This document shows, in pieces, positions 45,748-59,273 of a stretch of DNA of 64,000 bases (position 1 is its first letter; each line of letters begins with the position of its first letter). Origin of the DNA: Neophaeotheca triangularis (taxonomy: Eukaryota); NCBI GenBank assembly GCA_054600435.1, contig BAAIJX010000062.1, positions 1-64,000 of the forward strand, read 5' to 3'. A program made the position numbers and the translations under genes. Under the pieces are notes generated by a model. It did no database searches. It was not told where the DNA came from and saw only the letters and a program-made list of their open reading frames with translations.

Positions 45748-46990
45748 ACCGAGCACTTACAGCATCAAACAATCAGCTTGCACCATGAACATTCAGGTCA
45801 GGTTGCGCGAGACGAGAGAAAAGACTGCCTTTTTAGCTAGCGGTAGGATGAATTGGAGCTCTCACACGAACGCACCCAGGGCAATGGGTTTTGCCGTCAG
45901 GTCACCTCCCCGTCCTGCAATGGTGTGCTATGCAAGCACGGGCCATATATATGGAATTCAGTTCTTTCTCGGCGACTTCAGCTTGATTTAGCGACCTACC
46001 CTACTGCCCAGCAATCTTCAACGTCGGACGGTCACCCTGGCAGGACAATGCAAAGAGACTACCCTACCTAGGCAAGCCACCTCCAGCGCTGCCATCACAT
46101 CGCAAGCCGTAGACAATACAAAGGCTTTCAGCTTCCTGCTGTGGCGTCTCTCGCAGCATGCTGGGTCCGTGCAACTACAATATCAAGCTATGTGAGACTC
46201 GCATTTAGGTCGACGGCAATGTCGCTAGATGCGTTAAAATGGTATTGGTGACTTGGTTATGTATTCTCCCATCGTAAACAGGAGACAAGAAAGTTCCAAG
46301 GTTCGGTACAAGTAGACGATTCCAGCTCGTATCAACCTTCAGTTTCCGTCCTGTCGCCGTTCCTCCCTCAAGGTCAGCAACCGTTCGTTCCCCTTCCGGA
46401 AGTCAACAACGTGCCTGCCACTTTGGCTCCTCTTCCACCTCAACAGGCAGCCGCAGCTTTCTTGCCATTCTTACTTGTACCTTCTCCACCTCACCTCACA
46501 GGCATCTTTTCTTCTTGCCTCACGCCAATACCCACACTTCAAATTCCCTCGTCTGTACGGGCTCCCTTCACTCTTCACTCCCTCTTCCACGCTCCGACCA
46601 CAACCTTCACATTCACCCACCACTTGCACCACCACCGTTTGCCATTGTCTCCTTCACAATCGTATCATCTGCACTCGCTGTCGCCGACAACAATCGCAGC
46701 GGGTCGCAATTGTGCGCCGCCAACAAGGCATTGTCTCAGTACAATTGTTCGACAAGGTACAAGACGTGCTCTGGCGCCCTCTAGAAGGCGCTTCTTCTCT
46801 CTACCATACCAACCACTGACATACCAGTCTCTTGAAGCTTCCAAGTCTCTCGAGCCACCGCTACTTCTGACAACCCACCACTGCGGCCTCCTACCAGGCA
46901 CCAAGTTATCCATCTACAGCAGGTTCTCAACACTGCTCCATCACCGACACCCTCCTCCACCACACAATACCCGCTCCACGCTCGCCAATC

Positions 46991-48245
46991 ATGGCCGATT
47001 ACGCGGAAATGCCTTACAACAGCTCCTTCGACGCTCTCAACCAGGATATCACTATCCTCGGTCCTGATGGCCAGTCGCCCATGCTCTTCACCCTCGCCGA
47101 CGTGGCGTTCCTCCAGATCAACGCCGTTCGCCAGGGCATCATGTTCGGCACACAAATCGGCGCTTCCGCTCTTCTCTTGGTCGTCCTTATTCTTATGACC
47201 GGCAGCGACAAGCGCAAGAGCTCCATCTTCCTCCTCAACGGCATGGCTTTACTTATCAACACTATTCGCAACATCTTACAGTGCCTTCAGCTTACCGGAC
47301 CATTCTATAACTTTTATGTTTATCAGACGGAAGTCTATGACGGCGTCCCAGGGCTGTCACACGCCAAACGAGTCTCCATCACCGCTGGCGTGCTCACCTT
47401 TCTGGTCATCGTCTGCATCGAGGTTTCCCTTGTCTTGCAGGTCAGGATCGTCTGCGTGACGCTCAACAAAGCCAAGCGCTACGCCATTACCGCACTCTCC
47501 ATCATCGTCGCTCTCCTCGCGATCGGATTCCGCATGGCTCTGCTCGTTATCAACAGCTACAGCGTTGCGAACGTTGAGTCATACTCGGACAGCATGATGA
47601 GGCATCTCAACATGGTCGCTTCGGCTACGAACATCACCCTCACTGTCAGCATCGTCTTCTTCAGCATCATCTTCTGCGGCAAGCTGGCCATGGCCATCAT
47701 GTCAAGGCGCACCATGGGTCTCACCCAATTCGGACCCATGCAAATAATATTTGTCATGGGCTGCCAGACGATGTTACTGCCAAGTAGGTCTTTACCCCTT
47801 CCACTCCTGCTGAATCTCCGCTAACTTGCATGCAGCTCTCTTCGCCATCCTCACCTATTTCGTTCTTCCTCAAACCCAGCTGAACAGCTTCGTTGCCACG
47901 ATCGTCGCCATCTTCCTGCCGCTCTCCGGCATGTGGGCAGCAGCAAACGCCCACTCTCGCAGGATCGGCGGCAACAAGTTCGGTCGCAAGATGATGCCTC
48001 TTGGGCCCTCTGACCCGACCACGCTCTCCAAGAAACATCTCACTTCGACCACCTACAATACGTACGATGAGAAGACCAACTCTCTTGAGGGCGGCAGCTC
48101 TGTTGGCAAATCGCCGACCAAGTCTTCGCCCGGCATCAAGTCCGAGGACCGTATGAGCATCATCAGTGGCCTTGAGGATGGTCGCGATCTTGAGATGGGC
48201 GATGGCATCAAGGTGGACCACACATACAGCGTTCACCGTGGTTGA
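46991..48245 (+). CDS. STE2: alpha-factor-type pheromone receptor (Ste2/Pre2 GPCR), 2 exons (46991-47783, 47836-48245), 400 aa
   Basis: Seven hydrophobic segments; motifs FDALNQDITI, IMFGTQIGA, KRKSSIFLLN, IEVSLVLQV, KLAMAIMSRRTMGLTQFGPMQIIFVMGCQTM and VAIFLPLSGMWA; 52-nt intron GTAGGT..GCTAAC..CAG. Confidence 0.96.
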
Positions 48246-51200
48246 TCGCTATCGCCATCTCCAACATGCATCGCTGCAACCGACGCGGTGCGAAGGAGCG
48301 GCAAGTTTTGTCACTGAGTGCCGGGTCCGTACTGTCTACGGTCATGCTGCTCGATGCCGTTCGTTCTCCATTGTCACCTTCTCATCATCAGCTAGCTAAC
48401 ACATTTCTTTGAAGCCCAAGGACGTACATGAACGACATCTCCTTCTTTTTCTGAAACAAGAAACCCGAAAATGTATTTATGTGGAGACTGCGCACTTTTT
48501 GAAGAGAAATGGGGTCAAGAGCTTGCTGAACATACGGAATGGGTGGATTTGCACTTACCTGTCCGGCGGCGACAACGACACTTGTGTTGTTGCATGCTGC
48601 TACCATGGTAAGGAAGGCCAATGGGTATGATGCCGGGTGCTTGCTTGATAATGCCAACGTGCAGTGCAGGATGGCCCAGATAGCTTGCGCAGACATCGTA
48701 TTGCATGCCAATCACAGTTCCTTTTTTTTTTCTTACCGTTTCGTGTGCTTTGCATGCCATATTGACGCTCGGACGAGAAAAGAAGACTGGAGAAGAGACA
48801 ACGGGCGACGCCGACATGGTAGCTTTCAAACGCAGCACCTTCCTCACCTCTAGCCTACATCAGCTCAAGTCTCATCGCAGTTTACAAAGCCCACCACCTC
48901 CGCAACGTTGCACACCCCATCCCATGTATCCAGACCTCACTCAAACGCACGCCAAAAATTTGCGACGACTCACCCAAGGCCCCACCTGAGCGTGTTTGGT
49001 CATTGTTGCAGTTGTGGAGGCTGTGAGCTGGGGGAACGATGGAGAAGGAAATGGAGACATCCGAGCGTTGCGGCCAAGAAGGCAGCCATCTGTCGTGCTG
49101 GTGGCGTGATTGGAATTTCGTGGTGAAACGAAGGCAGCTCCGCTGTCAATGGGATTGTAGATTGAGAGGGGAGGATGCTGAGGTCGTCGGCAACAGTTGC
49201 CTGCCTCTGGCTTCGTTGCGCTGTGATGTGGTGAATGGTGATCCCTGGTGACAACGATGCTTTGCTCAAAGGGAGGGGTGATTGCGAGGCCGTCAACCTT
49301 GCTTGGGTGGCGCTCAAGATCCAGAAACGGGTGCCTTACCGTCGATTTCATGAACTCGCCCCGGGGCCTGCTTTTCTAGTTGGCTCCCCTTCTGCGCCAT
49401 TCTCTTTCGGCAACGATGAGCGAGCTTAGGTTCAATACCGTTGTTACCTCGTAGATAGGATACGGCCTCTCTCGCTGACTCTCCAGAGGATGGTACAGCG
49501 ACGGACTCAACGATAACAGGACCCGGGGAAAGAATAACCACCAGCACAGACCTGGAGGATACAGAATAGGCGCTCCTTGCAACGCTCACTGCGGGAGAAA
49601 TTCGAGCGAACTTCGACGCATGAAAGAGCGGGAGCACAACATCGGGGGCACCGCAGCGGGGACACATGTCGCGGCAGGGCAAAGGTGGGTGTGGCGCTTG
49701 TCAGGGCCCGTTTCAGCCTGGCGTGCGTGCAGCAGCCTGGTGGGTGTGTCAGCCCTGGACGTTTTGAGATGACAGGTGCGGTGACCCGAGCGCTGTAACG
49801 GCGACGTTTGGTTCAGCGGTGGATTTGGGAGCGCCGTGTGGTTTTGTGAGTCGTGGTGCTCTGTCAGTGTGCTTTTCTCGAGTCGTGCTTGTTGCGGGAG
49901 ATTTGCACGTTTCTTGCTTCGTCGGCGGATGTTGGACTCCTCCGTTACTGACGGCACGTGAGCCGCATGGCTGGCGATACTATAGCCGGGGCGTAGTAGC
50001 AGGTATTGTTCATGCAATTGCAACTGCACTTGCACTGGTGTATCAGAAGTCGAAGAACGTGCTCGCAACCGCTGCAGGGACTCGGTTCGCTTGGCTTTGG
50101 GGAGGTCGACAAGCTCTTGATCATCTGGCCAGCCATAGGCTTCCTCTGATCAAGGTAGATAGTACTTGCGGCTGGCACGGCATCAGGCCATGGGTCCCCC
50201 AGGGCTAGCAGGAGTACTCACCTGACCGCGGGGAGTGGTGTTCGACCGGTGAAGGTAGTAGAAGCCATGTTGCCAGTCACACCGCTCAGGTGGAAGCGGT
50301 GTGCTTGCCGAGGAACAGCTCGGTGCTTGCTGAAGCACGTGTGCGTAGCAACATCATTAATAATAATGTTGGACGGTGCCAATTGCATCACTCGGTGTCG
50401 GCGACACTCGAAAAGGCGGTGCGATTCGACGAAAAGGTGAAGTCGGTGCCGGCTAGGATCAGAAGACTACACGATAACTTAGTGCGCCCGAGGAGGGAGA
50501 AAAGAACTATCAATTGAGTACCAGTATAGTAGGTAATTCAAGCCACCCGAAAACAACCAGCAACAGCCGTGGACCTTCGCGGAAAAATGTCCCTCGGCGT
50601 ACTTTTACTGGAACGACTAATTGGAGGCTCGGAGCTCCGCGCCGTTGCTGTGGTCACACTGTGCTGTCGTTGGCGCCAGCGCCATAGAAAGGAGATGAAA
50701 CTCGGCGCCGCGAGCGCCGTTCAGCTTCAGCCTTATTTTCCAATCAACATTTAGAGCCTGCCCTACCGACGTCAAACGGCGCAGATCTGTGTGCCCTCTG
50801 GTGATTTCCAATAAAATCCTCGCCGTACACTTTTTGGCGCCATGTCGAAATGGCGATTTGCCGGCGCCGAGCCGCGAAGGAACCTCACCTGGGTGGTTTG
50901 CCTGGGCAGCTGCTCGTGTTCAAAATTACCAACCAGACCAGAACTAATCTCGACGGTGGGATTGATTGCAGAAGACGTCAGGTTGCATCAGTTCCGTCAT
51001 CGACGGCCTCGTGCTGTGCGTTGTTCGCTAACTTATGTATGCGATACGACAAGACAACGCCAACGCACCGCGCCAGCTCAAGACGCGAAGGAACAACAAT
51101 GTCAAACCTGTGAGTACATGAATGGGTACCTACAACACAGCCACGAGAACTTGAGGGAAACAAGATGCTGGAAGAGGATATGATAGCTCCGAGCCAAGTC

Positions 51201-53057
51201 GATAAAGTACTGGCTAAACAGCACCCCGCCGCCCACGGCCGCCTCTTGTTCTGTACCACCATGAGTCTCCAGGCTCCTGGGCTCGTGAGAGCTTCGCCTG
51301 CACGACCTGCTCGTTTGCAGCATGACGGCGTCGCTGCAGTGTAACGAGTAGGCTGTGCAACAACACCAGCTCCTCTGAGCGTATCGTCAAATTCCGCCAA
51401 GCCATGGCGGTCATCCCACTCGCGCGAGCATCAAGATGCGGGAGAGGTGGGGAAGATAGCGCGAGCATCTTTTGAAGTTCTCTGCAGTTTGCCGGCAGTT
51501 GTACTGCTGCAGTTAAGCGCCTCCAGTAAAGAATTGGTATTGATGCCCAGCTTAGATTAAATTGCCTCGAGCGTGCGATAGTGGCTTTCTGACTCAAACT
51601 TGACAACCGCGGGTCTTCTTTGACCCTTGCCGTCACATCACAAGGTCAAGCAACTGTTTGAATGTACAGAAGTATTTGCATAAGATTGCTGGACATGCTT
51701 TAGCAGCAGAGTTGCAGCTTCTCGCCGGGAGGCTTCGGTCGCGGTGTGCGGTACCGTGGGCTGACATACGGCTAAAGTTGTCAAAGCATCTCGAGCTCGA
51801 CAGAAGGTGCTTCATCATTGGTCAGATAGCGGTGCGCAGCAGTGGTGTCTAGGAAATTATCTCGCAAATTCGCGAGCAAAGCGAAGCTCCAGCTCGTTCG
51901 GATAGCCCGGCGACCACGCTGAACCTTCGGTCATGCCCTGCCACGATCTTTGCTGGAGCAACGAATTTGACCAACCAAACTCAGCAGCCAAGTCTGCTAC
52001 CTTGTCTGCAATCTTGAAGTCTGCGTGCGTTGGTTCTGCAGACAGCGCATGACCGACAAGGGGCGATATCATCCTCCACATGCATGCATCACAGAGCACT
52101 CCGGTCGAGACTGGCTGCAGAGCATCTCAGGCGAGTCAGGCCGGTTCTCAGACAAAGGACAAGCCGCAGCCAAATCTTGGGGGCGACCCAGACAGCCGTT
52201 TCAGCTACGTCAGGGTTGGCGTGAAGTGGAGGGCCAAACCCAAACCGTGGCCGTGTTGCCGAACTAAAACGGCGACTAGCAAGGACGTTCCTGAGACTAG
52301 CAGATGGACAGCCGAAACGGTCGCAAACTGTAGGGAGAAAGGGGGGGTTGCTTTTTGTGGGAATGCGCGCAAAAGTGGTGTCGTTGAGTGCCGAACAACT
52401 GCGTCCCGGGCGTGGGAAATTAAGTAAGACGTATCGCGAACGCGGACTTACGAGACATGCAGCGAGGGAAAGGAAAAAGGGTGCCCTCGTTCCAAGATCA
52501 TTATTGTTGTGGATGGATGCTCTCACACTCTCACATGCTCCTCGGGTTTTACAAGGACCAAGGACGGTAAGTGCCTTGCGGGGTTTTGGGTCTGGCTTGG
52601 AATCATCGTTTTGTTGTCGCCGTCGTCGTACAGTGGTGTCGGAGTTGCTGGGCGGAGGGCGGAGGGCGGTGGCGGTAGCGAGGAAGGAGCTGGATAACAC
52701 GCTCATCACTGACGACGGGACGACGAATTAAAGGTCCACGGGTATTATGATTATTATTATTGGTGTGATGACCCAGGTTGACGTTTGAAGCGAATGTCAT
52801 CTTCCCTGCCCCAGTCTTCCAAAATTGGCTGTGGGCACGCAAAACCCGGCCTCCCTCCATCCATCCCTTTCCCGTGTCCCGGTCAGGCCGTTGCTTCAGC
52901 CCACTCTGCCCTGCCATGCTGCCCTGCCCTGCCATGCCTTGAATTATCCTGCCACTGCGCGACGACATTAATGTTATCATGTCATCGTTAATGTTATTAC
53001 CAACCTAAGGTATTATTACATAGCCGGCTCGTGTGCCTGCACTCATCTTCTCTCCCG

Positions 53058-53058
53058 T

Positions 53059-53089
<31 letters not shown>

Positions 53090-53112
53090 TAACCACAAGA
53101 CTAATAATAATT
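53058..53112. repeat. (AAT)n microsatellite upstream of PLC1
   Basis: tataatgataatgataataataataataataataac ... taataataatt read directly. Confidence 0.85.
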
Positions 53113-54307
53113 ATCCACCGAGGGCATGCACGCTTACTAGCTTCCCGCACTACTAGGTACTACTACTACTACCGCATCTCCTCTACCTAATCCTCAAAAA
53201 TCCATCCCGTGCCGTGCTCAATCTCATCATCATTTGTTGTTACCTTCCAGCTTACTTTCCAATCCGGCTCCTGCACCCAACCCTTTCTGCTTCCTCTTGC
53301 AGCTGCTGCACCTCGTCTCGACACCGCTTACTTCCGACCGACCCCAAGACGCTCCTTGACCATATTACCGTTTATTACTGCCCCCTTCCTTTTCGATTCC
53401 TGCCCGCATTGGGATTTGCGCCGCCTCACACTGCATCATCCCACCACGCCCACACAACCACCCACACCGCATACAACAAGCTCCGCGAGACATCTACCGT
53501 GTATCCTTGATACTCGTCTGCGCCAGACCGCAGTCGAAATCACCCGCATTTTCGGGTAGCCGCTCCTTCCATCGCCAAAGCCGCCTGCGTCGATCAGATC
53601 CTCCTCGAACCCTGGCCTCTACGCGCACGACATCCCCAACCCGCCCCTACACCGACCCTGTCAAGGCTTTTTGCAGAACCGTCTGCACCCCACGTCTGCT
53701 TCTTCAACCTTCTTGGCTGCTCAGAGAGACTACAGTATCGTCGTGCTCGCACATATACGATTCCGGTACAGCACGCGAGCAGGGGGTTTCTTCCGCACAG
53801 CCCTGCAGGCAGATCTCCACAGGTACCTATATTGTTCGCTTGCCGAGCGCAGAAGGCGCAGCACCCGACCTGCTGCCTGGCGCAGCGTCAATAATAGCGA
53901 ACTAAGGCCGGGGGTCATTAATCTTACTGGAAGCCCAACCGACTCAGAGGCAGGCCTCACGCTCGCGCTGGGCGCTAGGTGCAATACTTCTCGAACATAC
54001 TCGCATTGACTCTTGGCTGGCTCAAGGCAACCTTCACCAATCGCCTTTGGACCTATACATCCAACGTCGTCGCACCACAAACTGCATTGATCTTGGGAAG
54101 GAAGCGCATTATCCTAAACAAGGCAGGCCCTCTGCAAAGCTGAGAACAGATCTACCAACAACAGTCGGCCTTGAACTGCAAGTAGAGGCCGCCCCGCGCA
54201 TACATTGTGACATTGTTTGCTGTCCACAATGCGTAGGCGGTACGGGACGAGGTAGCCTTTCCTGCACTCAACCCTCTCCCGCCCATCTATATCTACGTCG
54301 AGAAGCA

Positions 54308-57300
54308 ATGGATTTTCCAACTCGAAATACCACTCCTCCCAACGAGGGCGGAGCGCAATTGGATTTTGACGACGATGTCATCACACCAAAGGCACAATCC
54401 TTTCCGGTCTCAGACCTCGATTCCTCGTTGGCCACGAACGCAACTCCGCCCCCTACTAGGAGTATTCCAATCTCTACCCCCAATCATACCAACCGAACAA
54501 GTGTTCTCAGTCAACTTCCAGACTTGAAGACTCAAACAACTGTAGCGCACGAGCGTGCGCAAGAACTCGGCAGATCACAATCCTACCACTCTCCCTCGAT
54601 GCTCGCACAACGGGCGCCTGGGATCGAAAGGTCTTATTCCGAACGATCACCATCCCCACACACACGAAGAGCACCCAACGGCGCTTTGAGTGAGGCTATG
54701 AACTCTACCAAGAGCCCTGGCTTGATTCGAAGGGTGTCCAGGGGTGCTGCTAACAGGATCAGACGCCGAGCGTCAACGACCACTACGATGCGCATGCGCG
54801 ACCAAAGCGCTGGTCCCGTGCTAGTCCGACGGCGTAGCGATAGCAACGGCGCGTCGGATCTTGCGCAAGACGTTTCAGACCTTGACCTGGATAGTCTCCC
54901 GGACGAGGCTGGGGAAGAGCCCGAGTACACAACTCACATTGGCCGTACTAATGGCCTTGGTATCTCCATGGGTCGCACCAGCAACGTCAGCAACGGTTCC
55001 ACTTCCTTTGAAGGCGGGATTGCTCCCGCCATCTCGGCAGTGCTGGAGCAAGGCACCTGGGTGGTTAAGGTCACTTCCAAGAAGCAAAAGAAAATAAAGT
55101 TGTGGCTTGATACTAACTCAGCACGAGTCTGTTGGCACCCCAGCAGCAACTCCAAATCCTTTTTCATCGACGATGTTCGAGAGATTCGGATCGGAGCGGA
55201 TTCTCGAAACGCACGCGACGATGTTCAACTACCAGATGAGCACGAAGATCGTTGGGTGACGATTGTTTACGACGTTCCGGAACGCTTCAAGGGACGAGCC
55301 ATCAAGACCATGCATATCCTCTGCCCGGATGTCTTCATCACCAAGCTTTGGTCTGACGCGCTCAACGTAGTGACCAGAGAACGCATTGAAATCATGAATG
55401 CTCTTGCACCGTCTGTCGAGAAGAGCGAAAAGTCCATGGCCATGGCTTGGCGTCAAGCGATGGCTCGCAAAGGGCCCGACGCCGAGCAGAGCTTCACTCT
55501 GGAAGACGCGCGATGGCTCTGCCGTAAATTGGAGATCAACTGCTCGGCCAATACCGTCAAGACTCACTTTACACGATCGGACACTGATCACACTGGCCTG
55601 CTGGACTACACTCGTTACCGTGACTTCGTCAACTCGTTCAAGGAACGAAAGGACATCCAGAATCTGTTCCGGAACACTCAATACGGCACGGAGCTGGACA
55701 TGAGCATCGAAACGTTCTTCCAGTTTCTCAAAGTTGATCAAGGTACCGATGTGGACAAGGACCGTGCCTACTGGGAGGGTGTTTTTGCCAAATTCGCAAA
55801 AGAAACCCAGCCCAGAAGCTTGGCGGACACTGAGCCGACCACGGGAGAACGCAAAATGAACATGCAAGGTTTCCAGAACTTCATGGCGTCAGGCGCATAT
55901 ACTGCACCCCTTACGCCACTCAAAGGTGAACCGACCCTGGAACGGCCGCTGAACGAGTACTTCATCTCGTCCTCGCACAATACCTACCTACTTGGTCGCC
56001 AGGTGGGTGGTCGCTCCAGCGTGGAAGGCTACATCGCAGCGTTGGTCAAAGGATGCCGTTGCATCGAAATCGACTGCTGGGACGGCGAAAATGACCGCCC
56101 AATGGTCACCCACGGCAGATCTCTCACCACGCGAGTGCCATTTGCAGACTGCGTCGCAGTGATCAACAGATACGCCTTCCACAGCACACCTTACCCTCTG
56201 ATCGTCAGCTTGGAAGTGCACTGTTGTGACAAGCAGCAACTTGTCATGGTAGAACTGATGAAGAAGCACTTTGGCGACAAGATGATTACGGAGCCGTTGG
56301 TATCGAACTCGGTCAGCCTGCCATCGCCTGAGGAATTGAGGCACAAGATTCTCATCAAGGTGAAAGCATCTTCCGATCTTATTCCTAGCCAGCCCCCTGC
56401 TGCTGTGGAAAATTCTAACGGGCGGAGTCGTGCGAGGAGCATTGGTAGTGCCTTCACCCGAACACCATCCATCGAGACGGCTGCATACACGTCTTCACCT
56501 TTGGTCTCGAGCCCATCCGCAACGAGCCCTTCTGAGCAGGGTACTGGTCTGGCTTCTACGCCACGGGGTTCCACAGCTTCAGGACCGACCGCAACACCAA
56601 GCACGTCCACCGATGACAGCGACGACATGCCTGCATCTGCAGAGAAGATGAAGAAAAAGAAGACGACCACGAGCAAAATAAAGCCTGAGCTGGGTAGGCT
56701 CGGCGTCTATACGCAAGGCGTGACCTTTACCGACTTCGATCAACCGGAAGCACGGTGGTACAACCACATCTACTCCTTCAACGAAGGCACCTTCAGCCGA
56801 GCTTCGCGGAAGAGCCATGAAACCAAGGAACTGCTCGAGAAGCACAACCTTCGCTATCTCATGCGTGTCTACCCTGCATCGAAACGGGTGGATTCTTCAA
56901 ATTTTAACCCACTGGCCGTCTGGCGACGTGGGGCGCAAATGGCGGCTCTCAACTGGCAGACATATGATGTTCACATGCAAGTCAACGAAGCCATGTTTGC
57001 AGCCGGTTCTGACAAGTTGGGCTATGTGCTCAAGCCAGAGGAGCTGAGACGCGCAAAGCATTTACCCATCACCGACACCCTCGCCGACGCAGCTGAGAGG
57101 CGCGACAAGAAGGACAAGAAGCTCGTCAAGTTCAGCGTTGAGATCCTGTCCGCTCAACGTCTCCCACGCCCGCGCAACGCCAACGCCGATGCCGGCATGA
57201 ACCCTTACATTGAATTCGAAATGTACAGCGCCGAGGACAAGGCGCGTGGCATTGCCAAGGGTGAAGGCGGTACCGATGCTTCAGCCCGCGATGGTTCGTC

Positions 57301-57811
57301 AGGCATCGGCTCACCATTGCGAAAACGAACGAGGGTCGTCGAGGGCAACGGCTTCGACCCCAGCTATTATCAGAACATCGACATGAGCGTCGAGACCAGG
57401 TACCCAAGCTTGATCTTTGTGCGCTGGACCGTTTGGAACTCACCCGACGCGAAGAAGAATAGCGGCAACAACACGTTGCTGGCCACGTTCACGGCGAAGC
57501 TCAGCAGCCTCCAGCAAGGCTACCGACACCTGCCCCTCTTCAACCCCCACGGCGAGCAATACCGCGACGCTAAACTCTTCGTGCGCATCTCTAAAGAAGC
57601 TCCCGTTCCAATCGAGCGCGACGAAACCGCCTACGGCATCATCGAGCCCTCCTCTTCCCCCCGACCGGAATCCACCCGCATCGGTCGCTCGTACGGCTGG
57701 CCACGCAAATTCTTCAGCCGCAACAACAGCCGACGAAGAGACCTCGACGCCGCCGAGGGAAGCACCTTTAGTCGTACTAGCAGCATGGAGCGCGACGGCT
57801 CCGTGGGTTGA
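54308..57811 (+). CDS. PLC1: eukaryotic phosphoinositide-specific phospholipase C (PH, EF-hand, X, Y, C2), about 1167 aa
   Basis: X box PLNEYFISSSHNTYL, GCRCIEIDCWDG, VTHG, PYPLIVSLEVHC and LPSPEELRHKILIK; Y box LMRVYP..RVDSSNFNP..GAQMAALNWQT..GYVLKP; C2 VEILSAQRLP...LQQGYRHLPL. First in-frame ATG at 54308. Confidence 0.96.
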   Translation: MDFPTRNTTPPNEGGAQLDFDDDVITPKAQSFPVSDLDSSLATNATPPPTRSIPISTPNHTNRTSVLSQLPDLKTQTTVAHERAQELGRSQSYHSPSMLAQRAPGIERSYSERSPSPHTRRAPNGALSEAMNSTKSPGLIRRVSRGAANRIRRRASTTTTMRMRDQSAGPVLVRRRSDSNGASDLAQDVSDLDLDSLPDEAGEEPEYTTHIGRTNGLGISMGRTSNVSNGSTSFEGGIAPAISAVLEQGTWVVKVTSKKQKKIKLWLDTNSARVCWHPSSNSKSFFIDDVREIRIGADSRNARDDVQLPDEHEDRWVTIVYDVPERFKGRAIKTMHILCPDVFITKLWSDALNVVTRERIEIMNALAPSVEKSEKSMAMAWRQAMARKGPDAEQSFTLEDARWLCRKLEINCSANTVKTHFTRSDTDHTGLLDYTRYRDFVNSFKERKDIQNLFRNTQYGTELDMSIETFFQFLKVDQGTDVDKDRAYWEGVFAKFAKETQPRSLADTEPTTGERKMNMQGFQNFMASGAYTAPLTPLKGEPTLERPLNEYFISSSHNTYLLGRQVGGRSSVEGYIAALVKGCRCIEIDCWDGENDRPMVTHGRSLTTRVPFADCVAVINRYAFHSTPYPLIVSLEVHCCDKQQLVMVELMKKHFGDKMITEPLVSNSVSLPSPEELRHKILIKVKASSDLIPSQPPAAVENSNGRSRARSIGSAFTRTPSIETAAYTSSPLVSSPSATSPSEQGTGLASTPRGSTASGPTATPSTSTDDSDDMPASAEKMKKKKTTTSKIKPELGRLGVYTQGVTFTDFDQPEARWYNHIYSFNEGTFSRASRKSHETKELLEKHNLRYLMRVYPASKRVDSSNFNPLAVWRRGAQMAALNWQTYDVHMQVNEAMFAAGSDKLGYVLKPEELRRAKHLPITDTLADAAERRDKKDKKLVKFSVEILSAQRLPRPRNANADAGMNPYIEFEMYSAEDKARGIAKGEGGTDASARDGSSGIGSPLRKRTRVVEGNGFDPSYYQNIDMSVETRYPSLIFVRWTVWNSPDAKKNSGNNTLLATFTAKLSSLQQGYRHLPLFNPHGEQYRDAKLFVRISKEAPVPIERDETAYGIIEPSSSPRPESTRIGRSYGWPRKFFSRNNSRRRDLDAAEGSTFSRTSSMERDGSVG

Positions 57812-59145
57812 CGTACCCACCACGACATCCTTTCCTTATCACCCACAATTCTTGTACCCAAATATCACGAACCACCGGCGTTTTTCTGGGCACGCCTTTC
57901 ACAAGGCTACCCTATTGCAGCCGGCGCGCTGTTGTCTTGTCGTTTTGACTCTATATACCCCATATCGTTTTCACTGGACAAAGAGAGTTTGGCACGGCGC
58001 AAGAAGATCTTTTGTTTATCCCTTTTCCTATGTTCTTACAACTAGTCACTCGCTTTGTAGCATGAAGGGCGGTGGGTGCATGGCTGCCGTTGTTGGCGGA
58101 CTGCAAGTCCTGCCTTGGTTTCTCGAAGTGGAGGCGGGGATGTAGATTAGCCTGTCGAGGAAGTCGAGGACAGAGGCCTTCTATAGTAGGAGCACCCTGG
58201 GATTTTGGGTTGGATCGTCTTCTTAGTGCTGCAAACCGTCTCTGCCGGACGGAGGCGCTCACATTAGGAAGAGATTAGATAGCCCATTCTCATTGCGTTA
58301 CTGGCGCTTGTCACTAGCATTTGGATCGCTTCCTTTTCATCCTGTTTTCAAGCCGTCCCAGTCTAATCACCTGTATCCATCGTTCCTGTCTGGTATTCCT
58401 CGTTTACGAAACCAGCCGCCAAGAACATAACTCTAGATCACACAAAACAATTCTCGGAAATAGTGATTATATACAAACACCAGGACGCGCCTTCCAGATA
58501 CGACCATAGCTCAGTGAATCTAAGGCAATCCGCCACATGTTCCAAAGCCAGAATATGTAGTAACACAACGAAAAGCCACCGAAGCAAGTAAAGTAAGTAC
58601 CTAAGAAACGTTGTGTAGCAACTTCTCGAGTCCGTGCGTGGTTAGGGTCAGAGTTGTTGTTGTCGACCATCTCAGTGCAACTACCCCAAGGCTCTCTGTT
58701 GGTTCTGACAGATTGTTTGACGTGTTACGCTTGATCGATATAGGTCGGTAGTTGCAACGTCGTTTAGGTGATTGCCGTCGGAGACGGTCGTTCAAGCTAT
58801 AAAGTGCACTCACCCGACACGATAGGGAAAAAAAAAGTCCGACAATTGCGACTGGAACAATAAAACGATCCAAATACTTCGACTCAAACGATAGCCATTG
58901 AGTATCTGGCTGTGTGCCTTTGATAGTAGGAGGTATGGCACCGAAGTCTGTGATCGCGCTGACCCTGACCTAAGCTGGCCCTAGAAATAGTTTCTACTGC
59001 TTCCTATACATTAGTATAAGTATCATCAATGAACGACTAATAAGAAGGTCATGAAAAAGAGCTACTACTTACTTACATAGAACCCATTCAAAAACAAATC
59101 GGAGTTCAAAAGAAGAAAAATGAAACTTGATTGGAGGGTTGGGAT

Positions 59146-59273
59146 TGCTATGAGCAAGGTTCGAACTTGCGCGGATCGCTCCAGTAGAGTGTAGTGCTGT
59201 GTCATCATGTCCTTATCAATCGGAGCATGTGGAGACTTAAATCTACCGCCTTAGACCACTCGGCCATCATAGC
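59146..59273 (-). tRNA. tRNA-Leu (anticodon TAA) with a 46-nt intron (59235-59190)
   Basis: Reverse complement: acceptor stem GCTATGA/TCATAGC plus discriminator A, D arm TGGCCGAGTGGTCTAAGGC, anticodon arm GTAGA-TT-TAA-G[intron]C-TCTAC, long variable arm, T arm GCAAG-TTCGAAC-CTTGC. A T5 run follows at 59120-59116. Confidence 0.93.

Noticed and set aside
6730..57811. Functional cluster of two phospholipase C genes with STE2
   Set aside because: The two PLCs belong to different subfamilies and are 46 kb apart with unrelated genes between; the sequence gives no evidence of co-regulation.
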